Positions 57,320 through 64,000 of a DNA stretch of 64,000 nt are shown here, in pieces. Source of the stretch: Rhodospirillales bacterium (GTDB lineage: Bacteria; Pseudomonadota; Alphaproteobacteria; Kiloniellales; JACOMY01); assembly GCA_963669445.1 (NCBI GenBank), contig OY770029.1, forward strand, positions 5,029,133 to 5,093,132, read 5' to 3'. Within the stretch, counting starts at the first letter, position 1; each line of letters starts with the position of its first letter. Both the position numbers and the translations under genes were made by a program. The notes below the pieces were generated by a model. The model did no database searches, was not told where the DNA came from, and saw nothing but the letters and a program-made list of their open reading frames with translations.

Positions 57320-58294
57320 CTAGTTCTGCGATGCCTGCTTGGCGATCGGCCCAACCACTGCCGCCGTCTCGTCCAGGTGCTTGGCGAAATCGTCGCCGCG
57401 TAGGAAGACCGGCGTCGAGAGCGTATCCGAATAGAACTGCACCACGCGATCGGTGGCTGCCGCCTGCTCCAGTGCATCGGCGAAGGCGGCCACGACCGCG
57501 TCCGGCGTTCCCTTGGGCGCAAACCAGTAGTTGGTGAAGCAGAACTCTACGTCATGTCCCTGGTCGTGTGCCGTCTTGACGTTCGGCAGACGCGGATGTT
57601 GCCCCTCTGCCAACAGTGCTATGGTCTTGACCTTGCTGTCTTCCGAAGGCTCGCCCTCATTGGTCAAGGTGAAGTTCCTGGCACCTGCAGCACCCACAGA
57701 GGCCACGGCAGTCTGGCCGCCGGTGAGGGCGGCAAAGTTATCAGCAGACCCACCAATCTGGGCGAAGCGGAACTTCACATCCGCAGCGTTCTCCAAGAGG
57801 ATGCCTGACATGTGATTGAGGCCGCCGAGATTGACTCCAAACACGATACCGCTGGGGTTCTCTTTGGCCGCTGCGAGAAGCGCGTTCAGATCATCGTAGC
57901 CGGAATCCTTGCGGACCAGGATCGCCATGCAAATACTGCCGGTTGCAGCAACGGGCTTATAGTCCTTATAGCCGAAATCAATGATGCCGGCCGCTTCGGC
58001 ACCGATGATGCCGGTCTCATGCAGCAGAAACTCATAACCATCGGGATCGGCATCCAGAACCCGGCGTGCGCCGACCGAGGAGTGGCCGCCGACATTGACC
58101 ACAGTTACCGGCTGGGAAAGGATGTCCCCTTCGTCGATTGCCGTCGAAAAGCTCCGTGCCACCAGGTCCGACGATCCCCCCGCCTTGAAGGGTACAATTA
58201 CCTTGATCGGCCGTTCTGGCCACTCTGCGGCCGAAACGCCTGTTGCACCGATTGCGATGCCTGCCGCTGCAAGAACGCTCAAAACGATCCTCAT
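57320..58294 (-). CDS. tctC: Tripartite tricarboxylate transporter substrate-binding protein (Bug family)
   Basis: Signal peptide followed by WPERPIKVIVPFKAGGSSDLVARSF, the canonical Bug/TctC N-terminus. Confidence 0.9.
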   Translation of the reverse strand: MRIVLSVLAAAGIAIGATGVSAAEWPERPIKVIVPFKAGGSSDLVARSFSTAIDEGDILSQPVTVVNVGGHSSVGARRVLDADPDGYEFLLHETGIIGAEAAGIIDFGYKDYKPVAATGSICMAILVRKDSGYDDLNALLAAAKENPSGIVFGVNLGGLNHMSGILLENAADVKFRFAQIGGSADNFAALTGGQTAVASVGAAGARNFTLTNEGEPSEDSKVKTIALLAEGQHPRLPNVKTAHDQGHDVEFCFTNYWFAPKGTPDAVVAAFADALEQAAATDRVVQFYSDTLSTPVFLRGDDFAKHLDETAAVVGPIAKQASQN

Positions 58295-58336
58295 GGCTTT
58301 CTCCCTGTCTTCTCGTCTGTGTTAGGTACAACAATT

Positions 58337-58350
58337 TGTCGCATACGACA
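58337..58350. promoter_or_regulatory. TGTCG-N4-CGACA palindrome upstream of tctC
   Basis: TGTCGCATACGACA lies 8 nt after the enolase-family stop and about 43 nt upstream of the tctC ATG, in an AT-rich gap. Confidence 0.35.
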
Positions 58351-58357
58351 TAAAAAG

Positions 58358-59518
58358 TCAAATATAAAAGGACTTGGAGTTTGTCGCCAGATCCGGCAAC
58401 CCCACCTCGAACTCCCGCACACAAGACTGCGGGACTGCGAAACCCACCCCTTGGGTGTCACCAAGCTCCACACAACCGGCTTTCAAGCGTCGATGCGCCG
58501 GCTCTGCATACTCGAACAACATCGTGTGAAAGCGGTGCATCTCGACGTGGCGCACGCTCGGGTTCACGCATGCGATCTGCAGGGCGATCATCTCGGCAAG
58601 CCACGTTGAGGAGCACTGCAGCGAGGTCTGACAGCCGAAGCGTTCGGCCAGCTCGATCAGCGCCAAAGAGGCCGTAACTCCACCGACTGCGATCGGAGAG
58701 AATTGCAGAACGCCGATCGCCTGCCTTTCCAACAAAGCTCTGAAAATCACGTAGCGGCTCTCGGCCTCGAAGACCATGACAGGCATTCCGCAATCGCGGT
58801 TGAGCCATTGCATCGAATCCCAGTCCCGGGCAGCGAAGGGCGCCTGCACGGCTTCAACGCCCAGCGCATGCCACTCCGGCAGCCAACGTTCCGCGGCCGC
58901 ACGATCCAGGCTATAGACTGCATCGACGATGAGACCCGTTTCGCGACCGACGGCCTCTCGAACGGCACGCACGCGCTCGAGGTCTTGGTCGAAATCCAGA
59001 GCCCCGATCTTCATCTTGACGCATCGATATCCCTCTAACTTGTGCCCGCGCATCTCGGCCTGAAGCTCGGCAAGGCCACCGCCTTTGAGATAGAGGCCGC
59101 CGCTGGCATAGACGGGGACGGGCCGCCGCGGCGCACCACGAGACATGGCCTCGCCGGTCGATATGCCCTGACGTTTGGCGAGGATGTCCCAAAGCGCGCA
59201 ATCCAGACCACTCAAGGCGGCGGCCGTCATGCCATGGCGCCCACTCAAGACGGAGTTCGACCAAACCTCTTGCCAGACCCCCTCTATAGAGGGGACATCG
59301 CGGCCAAGCACAGCGGGCCGCACTTCGGTTTGGATGAAGCGGACCAGCGCGTCAGCTGACTGGTCGAAAGTCCAGCACTCGCCCCACCCGCAGACACCGT
59401 CGGAATCCACGACCTCAATCAAGACCGCTTGCTTGCGGGTCCAGAGGATCCGGGGATTGTAGGCACGTCCACCCAACTCGGCCTCAGCGACATAGATGCG
59501 AAGCTTATCGATTCTCAC
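58358..59518 (-). CDS. Mandelate racemase / muconate lactonizing enzyme (enolase superfamily) protein
   Basis: Contains GVCGWGECW, the metal-ligand-region pattern KMKIG ... IVDAVYSL ... VQAPF and VMVFEAES. GTG 59518 has a GAGGA RBS and gives a typical (M)RIDKLRIYV N-terminus. An alternative ATG is at 59584. Confidence 0.85.
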   Translation of the reverse strand: MRIDKLRIYVAEAELGGRAYNPRILWTRKQAVLIEVVDSDGVCGWGECWTFDQSADALVRFIQTEVRPAVLGRDVPSIEGVWQEVWSNSVLSGRHGMTAAALSGLDCALWDILAKRQGISTGEAMSRGAPRRPVPVYASGGLYLKGGGLAELQAEMRGHKLEGYRCVKMKIGALDFDQDLERVRAVREAVGRETGLIVDAVYSLDRAAAERWLPEWHALGVEAVQAPFAARDWDSMQWLNRDCGMPVMVFEAESRYVIFRALLERQAIGVLQFSPIAVGGVTASLALIELAERFGCQTSLQCSSTWLAEMIALQIACVNPSVRHVEMHRFHTMLFEYAEPAHRRLKAGCVELGDTQGVGFAVPQSCVREFEVGLPDLATNSKSFYI

Positions 59519-59544
59519 GCCATCCTCACAAAAATTGGCCTTTT

Positions 59545-59565
59545 CGACATTTTTGTCGTATACAA
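59545..59565. promoter_or_regulatory. Related TGTCG/CGACA palindromic site upstream of the enolase-family gene
   Basis: The sequence is CGACATTTTTGTCGTATACAA. TGTCGTATACAA resembles TGTCGCATACGA at 58337. It lies 27-47 nt upstream of GTG 59518, in the gap shared with the divergent XRE-cupin regulator. Confidence 0.35.
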
Positions 59566-59743
59566 TGAATGCTGTGTTCATCAATGAGTCAAGCGGCTTG
59601 AGATCTCAAACGCGGCCGGCATAGGCTGGAGACAGGATGTTTGGAGGCCGAGCGCTATCGCGCGCTGGCTCAATTGGACACCTCGCCTTATGTCCGAAAA
59701 GACAGAAGGATCGCTATCGCCAACGAATTAGGAGTCTTTAGGA

Positions 59744-60361
59744 GTGTCCTTGGCGCAGAGAATCAGAAGTATCCGCAAATCCAAGAACATGACCTTGAGC
59801 GACGTGGAGACCAACTGCGGCGTGACCGCATCGACGATCTCGAAGATAGAGAACAACGCGATCTCCCCGACCTACGCCAATCTGCTGCGGCTCTCGAAAG
59901 GTCTGGGGGTCGACATCGTCCAGCTCGTCAACGAAGACCCGCAGCACGCGCCAAGAACACGCCGTTCCATCACGCGATTTGGCGAGGGGTCACTGCACTC
60001 CATCGGATCGCATGACTATCGCTTGCTCTGTACGGATCTCACCGACAAGAAAATGCTGCCCATGCTGGCAAGAATCCATGCCAGAAGCCTAAACGAAGTG
60101 AAACGCCCGGACGCTCAGAGTGGCAATGACACTCTCTTTTCGCACGAGGGCGAGGAGGTGCTCTTCGTCTTTACCGGCGAGGTCATCCTACACACCCAGC
60201 ACTACACGCCGGTCCGCCTACAGCAGGGCGATTGCGCCTACATCGACAGCACGATGGGCCATGTCTGCATTCGAGGCTCCGACGAAGACGCTCTGGTGTT
60301 CTGGGTCTGCACCGACAGCAGTACCATCGCATCTCTCAATAGCGACGAGGAGGCCCTGTAG
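59744..60361 (+). CDS. XRE-family HTH regulator with C-terminal cupin domain
   Basis: Contains LAQRIRSIRKSKNMTLSDVETNCGVTASTISKIENNAISPTYANLLRLSKGLGV, plus a cupin-like HEGEEVLFVFTGEV ... GDCAYIDSTMGH. GTG start with AGGAG 9 nt upstream. Confidence 0.85.
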   Translation: MSLAQRIRSIRKSKNMTLSDVETNCGVTASTISKIENNAISPTYANLLRLSKGLGVDIVQLVNEDPQHAPRTRRSITRFGEGSLHSIGSHDYRLLCTDLTDKKMLPMLARIHARSLNEVKRPDAQSGNDTLFSHEGEEVLFVFTGEVILHTQHYTPVRLQQGDCAYIDSTMGHVCIRGSDEDALVFWVCTDSSTIASLNSDEEAL

Positions 60362-60393
60362 TCGTATCCTTGCCGCTCTGCTTGCGGCGAACC

Positions 60394-61578
60394 TCAGCCC
60401 CGTTCGAGCGCGACGCTCAGCCCCTCGCCGCCGCCAATGCAGATCGCGGCAATCCCGCGCTTCACATCGCGACGCTCCATCGCATTCAGCAAGGTCACGA
60501 GGATGCGCGCGCCCGATGCGCCGATCGGGTGGCCTAGAGAGCAGGCGCCGCCGTGGACGTTCATCGCCTCGTGCGCGATGTTCAGCTCCTTCATGAAAGC
60601 CATCGGCACCAGTGCGAAGGCCTCGTTGACCTCCCAGAGGTCCACGTCCTCCACGCGCCAGCCGAGCTGATCGAGGAGCTTCCTAGCCGCCGGGATCGGT
60701 GCGGTCGGAAACTGACTGGGTGTCTGGGCGTGGGTCGCGTAACCTAGAATGCGGGCGCGCACCTGCGCCCCAAGCCGTTCTGCCTCTGCTTGATCGCCCA
60801 AGACAAGCGCTGCAGCGCCGTCTGAGATGGAGGAGGCGTTGGCGGCCGTGACCGTCCCCTCGGCGCGGAAGGCCGGCTTCAGGGTCGGGATTTTCTCGGG
60901 GCTTGCCTTGCCCGGCTGCTCGTCCGCCTCGACCCGCGTCTCCCCCTTGCGACTCCTGACAGTGACGGTGGCGATCTCGCTGTCGAATGCGCCCGACGTC
61001 TGCGCAGCGAGCGCACGCTCCAGCGACGCCAAGGCGTAGGCATCCTGAGCCTCGCGCGTGAACTGATAGTCGGTGGCACAGTCCTCGGCAAAGGTTCCCA
61101 TCAGTCGGCCCTGATCACAGGCGTCTTCGAGGCCGTCGAAGAACATGTGATCGATGGCGCCGGTGTGGCCGAGGCGTGCGCCGCCACGCATCTTCGGCAG
61201 CAGATAGGGCGCGTTGGTCATGCTCTCCATACCGCCGGCCACCACGACCTTCATGCGCTTGAGGCTGATCAGATCATGGGCGAAAGCCACCGCCTGCATG
61301 CCCGAGCCGCAGACCTTGCTGACCGTCGTTGCCGGCGTTCCTTCGCCAAGACCTGCCTTGAAGCCGGCTTGTCTGGCCGGCGCCTGGCCCAGGCCGGCAC
61401 TCAAGACATTCCCCATAAAGACAGCATCTACGGCTCCGGCCTCAACACCGGCCCCGTCAAGGGCGCCCTTGATCGCAACGCCTCCCATCTCCGTCGCACT
61501 CTTCGCCGAGAGACTGCCATGGAAACCTCCCATGGGCGTGCGTGCTGCGCCTAGAATTGCTGTCGTCGGCATGATCAA
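60394..61578 (-). CDS. Acetyl-CoA C-acetyltransferase (thiolase II)
   Basis: Contains VSKVCGSGMQAV (active-site Cys), NVHGGACSLGHPIGASGARIL and CIGGGEG. Confidence 0.9.
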   Translation of the reverse strand: MIMPTTAILGAARTPMGGFHGSLSAKSATEMGGVAIKGALDGAGVEAGAVDAVFMGNVLSAGLGQAPARQAGFKAGLGEGTPATTVSKVCGSGMQAVAFAHDLISLKRMKVVVAGGMESMTNAPYLLPKMRGGARLGHTGAIDHMFFDGLEDACDQGRLMGTFAEDCATDYQFTREAQDAYALASLERALAAQTSGAFDSEIATVTVRSRKGETRVEADEQPGKASPEKIPTLKPAFRAEGTVTAANASSISDGAAALVLGDQAEAERLGAQVRARILGYATHAQTPSQFPTAPIPAARKLLDQLGWRVEDVDLWEVNEAFALVPMAFMKELNIAHEAMNVHGGACSLGHPIGASGARILVTLLNAMERRDVKRGIAAICIGGGEGLSVALERG

Positions 61579-61595
61579 TCTCCTCTAAGTGCGCA

Positions 61596-61627
61596 ATTGG
61601 AAACGAGCAAACCTGCTCGTTTCCAAT
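61596..61627 (-). other. 14-bp perfect hairpin between mmsA and the thiolase gene
   Basis: ATTGGAAACGAGCA, loop AACC, TGCTCGTTTCCAAT. No U-run follows on the transcribed strand. About 10 nt separate it from the thiolase RBS (GAGGAG). Confidence 0.4.
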
Positions 61628-61686
61628 GCGGTGCCGGCCTTTACCCTTTCGCGCGATTGTAAAGGGCAGATGCCTTGCCTCTGCTT

Positions 61687-63186
61687 CTAGGACATGACTG
61701 GAATGGAGAAGGCCGCACCTTCCTTGATGCCGGACGGCCAGCGCACGGTCGCTGTCTTGGTGCGAGTATAGAAGCGGAAGGCGTCCGGTCCGTGCTGGTT
61801 CAGGTCGCCGAACATCGACTTCTTCCAGCCGCCAAAGGTGTGATAGGCAAGCGGTACCGGGATCGGCACATTGACTCCGACCATGCCGACGTTGATCCGG
61901 TTCAGGAAGTCGCGCGCCGTGTCCCCGTCACGGGTGAAGATGGCAACGCCATTGCCGTATTCATGATCCATGGCCATGCCGATCGCCTGCTCGTAGGTTT
62001 CGGCCCGAACGGTCGAGAGCACGGGACCAAAGATCTCCTGCTTGTAGATCTCCATATCAGTGGTGACGCGGTCGAAGAGATGCGGGCCCACGAAGTAGCC
62101 ATTCTCATAGCCCTGCAGGGAGAAGTCCCGGCCGTCGACGACAAGCTCCGCCCCCTGCTCAACGCCTGAGGCGACGAGGCCCAAGACGCGCTCCTTGGCC
62201 GAGGCCGCAACCAGCGGGCCATAGTCGATGTCGTTGCCGGCCGTATAGGGGCCGACCTTCAGCTTCTCGATTTTCGGCACCAGTCGTTCGATCAGCGCAT
62301 CGGCGGTCGCTTCGCCGACCGGCACGGCGACCGAGATCGCCATGCAGCGCTCGCCGGCGGCACCATAGCCGGACCCCAAAAGCGCGTCGGCGGCCTGGTC
62401 AAGGTCGGCGTCGGGCATGACGATCATGTGGTTCTTCGCACCGCCGAAGCACTGCACGCGCTTGCCGTTGGCGCAGCCGCGGGCATAGACGTACTGCGCG
62501 ATCGGGGTCGAGCCGACGAAGCCCACCGCTGCGATATCGGGATGATCCAGAATGGCGTCGACCGCTTCCTTGTCGCCATTCACGACTTGCAGGATGCCGT
62601 CGGGCAGGCCCGCCTCCTTCATCAGCTCCGCCAGCATCATCGGCACGGAGGGATCGCGCTCGGAAGGCTTCAGGATAAAGGCATTGCCGCAGGCGATCGC
62701 CGGGCAGAACTTCCACATCGGGATCATCGCCGGGAAGTTGAAGGGCGTGATGCCGGCGACCACGCCGAGCGGCTGACGCATGGAGTACATGTCGATGCCG
62801 GGACCGGCTGAATCGGTGTATTCGCCTTTCAGGAGGTGAGGTGCGCCGATGCAGAACTCGGCGACCTCGAGGCCGCGAATCACATCGCCCTTGGCATCCG
62901 GCAGCGTCTTGCCATGCTCGCGCGACAGAGCCTCGGCGAGCTTGTCCATGTCACGGTTCAAGAGCCGCACGAACTCCATCAGCACGCGCGCGCGACGCTG
63001 CGGGTTGGTGGCAGCCCAGGCCGGCTGAGCCTCCTTGGCAGCGGCAACGGCCAATTCAAGCTCATCGGCGCTGGCGAGCGCGACCTCGGCTTGGGTCTCA
63101 CCGGTCGCCGGCTGGGTGATCGGGGACTTTCGGCCCGACGTTCCCTGATGAACCTCGCCTATGATGTAGTGTCCAACCTGATACAT
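61687..63186 (-). CDS. mmsA: CoA-acylating methylmalonate-semialdehyde dehydrogenase
   Basis: 499 aa. Contains ITPFNFPAMIPMWKF, GNAFILKPSERDP, FGGAKNHM and GERCMAIS (catalytic Cys), the typical MmsA pattern. Confidence 0.95.
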   Translation of the reverse strand: MYQVGHYIIGEVHQGTSGRKSPITQPATGETQAEVALASADELELAVAAAKEAQPAWAATNPQRRARVLMEFVRLLNRDMDKLAEALSREHGKTLPDAKGDVIRGLEVAEFCIGAPHLLKGEYTDSAGPGIDMYSMRQPLGVVAGITPFNFPAMIPMWKFCPAIACGNAFILKPSERDPSVPMMLAELMKEAGLPDGILQVVNGDKEAVDAILDHPDIAAVGFVGSTPIAQYVYARGCANGKRVQCFGGAKNHMIVMPDADLDQAADALLGSGYGAAGERCMAISVAVPVGEATADALIERLVPKIEKLKVGPYTAGNDIDYGPLVAASAKERVLGLVASGVEQGAELVVDGRDFSLQGYENGYFVGPHLFDRVTTDMEIYKQEIFGPVLSTVRAETYEQAIGMAMDHEYGNGVAIFTRDGDTARDFLNRINVGMVGVNVPIPVPLAYHTFGGWKKSMFGDLNQHGPDAFRFYTRTKTATVRWPSGIKEGAAFSIPVMS

Positions 63187-63362
63187 GAACCGGCTCCCTT
63201 TATCGCATGTCTTATGTCAGTGTGCCGCGCGTGTCGCTCACCGCATCGCACCGGCCCGCACAGATCATTCGATCATCATTGATGACCGATGGTGCTATGT
63301 CAGCACTCCCCTTTATTGGCACGAGACAGCAAGAGGAAAACGCTCAATAATAGGCTTCCCGT

Positions 63363-63378
63363 TGTGCAGATTTGCACA
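63363..63378. promoter_or_regulatory. TGTGCA-N4-TGCACA palindrome in the mmsA/LysR divergent region
   Basis: TGTGCAGATTTGCACA lies 28 nt upstream of the LysR ATG. It is a candidate LysR autoregulatory or activation site. Confidence 0.3.
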
Positions 63379-63405
63379 GGCGGCGGAGATCGAGCGGGTG
63401 CAAGG

Positions 63406-64000
63406 ATGAATTGGGACGATGTTCGCTTTTTTCTGGCTGTTGCGCGCAGCGGCCGCTTAAGCACCGCCGGCCGCCAGTTGGGCGTCGATCATGCCACGGT
63501 CTCAAGGCGGCTACGTGCGTTGGAGAAGGCGCTCGCCGCCCATCTCTTTCACCGGGCGCCCAGCGGCTACAGTCTGACACCCGCGGGCGAAAACTTCCTG
63601 CCGCTGGCCGAGCAGATGGAAGCAAGCGCCCTGTTGGCCGAGGGTTCGATCGGCGCCGAGCAAGCCAAGATCTCCGGAGCCGTGCGGGTTGGCGTGCCCG
63701 ACGGGGTCGCGGCCTATATCGTCGTCAAGGCAGCGCAAGCACTCTGCGACCGCCATCCGGGGCTAAAGATAGAACTGATCGCCTTGCCGCTAAAATTCTC
63801 CCTATCCAAACGCGAGGTCGACTTTGCAATCGGCGTCTCGCTGCCCGCCTCGGGCCGGCTAAAGGCGCAGAAGATCGCCGATTACACGCTCCACCTCTAT
63901 GGCCACCGCGACTATCTGGCCGCCCAGCCGACGATTGCGCAGACCGCCGACCTGAAACGCCTACGCGGCATCGGCTATGTGCAAGACCTGATCTTCGACA
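63406..64000 (+). CDS. LysR family transcriptional regulator, N-terminal about 198 codons (runs off the window end)
   Basis: Not in the ORF track (no stop in the window). It reads MNWDDVRFFLAVARSGRLSTAGRQLGVDHATVSRRLRALEKALAAHLFHRAPSGYSLTPAGE, the canonical LysR HTH. It is divergent from mmsA. Confidence 0.85.
   Translation, partial: MNWDDVRFFLAVARSGRLSTAGRQLGVDHATVSRRLRALEKALAAHLFHRAPSGYSLTPAGENFLPLAEQMEASALLAEGSIGAEQAKISGAVRVGVPDGVAAYIVVKAAQALCDRHPGLKIELIALPLKFSLSKREVDFAIGVSLPASGRLKAQKIADYTLHLYGHRDYLAAQPTIAQTADLKRLRGIGYVQDLIFD

Noticed and set aside
63316-63332. Sigma-54-like TGGCAC element upstream of the LysR gene
   Set aside because: The GG-to-GC spacing is one nucleotide short of the -24/-12 consensus, and the -12 region does not read TTGC. 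Other TGGCAC occurrences (about 12506 and 12788) also lack a -12 element.

Overview
GC-rich bacterial chromosomal or chromid DNA. The gene content looks alphaproteobacterial (RpoH sigma-32, TctABC/Bug transporter, DUF1194, DUF4169, soxBDAG). The window is densely coding and almost entirely metabolic and transport genes. I recognised no rRNA, tRNA, CRISPR array, transposase, integrase or phage gene. In order, the window contains:
- dapB (N-terminal part), a CHAP-domain protein, a DUF1194/vWA protein, prmA and a UvrD-type helicase.
- A glutathione-themed neighbourhood (GGT-like protein, HCCA-isomerase/kappa-GST-like protein, GST, M17 aminopeptidase).
- A short MarR-type regulator followed by rpoH, a secreted thermonuclease, and a low-GC gap with a 77-codon mini-RTX ORF.
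- About 17 kb (14.7-32.4 kb) organised around two paralogous MarR regulators. It holds a Pot-like ABC importer with two SDRs and an amidase, a Dpp-like ABC importer with a C-N hydrolase, and a deacetylase-MOSC-ferredoxin reductase operon.
- An orphan RTX protein.
- A sugar or polyol cluster (DgaE/SelA-like lyase, 2-hydroxyacid dehydrogenase, ABC importer with two ATPases and a 60-aa membrane protein, aldehyde dehydrogenase, FGGY kinase, HAD phosphatase, RpiR, RpiA).
- GlxA-soxBDAG, tctCBA with an enolase-superfamily gene and an XRE-cupin regulator, and thiolase-mmsA-LysR.

The most interesting observations:
1. A 14-nt AT-rich motif (TGAAAGATACTTTT) recurs in exactly the three promoter gaps next to the MarR paralogs. 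This suggests one cross-regulated regulon that combines three different C-N hydrolase families.
2. The isomerase/GST spacer contains two long perfect-stem hairpins that share an inverted 20-nt core.

All functional calls rest on motif and family recognition by eye. No database search was run.
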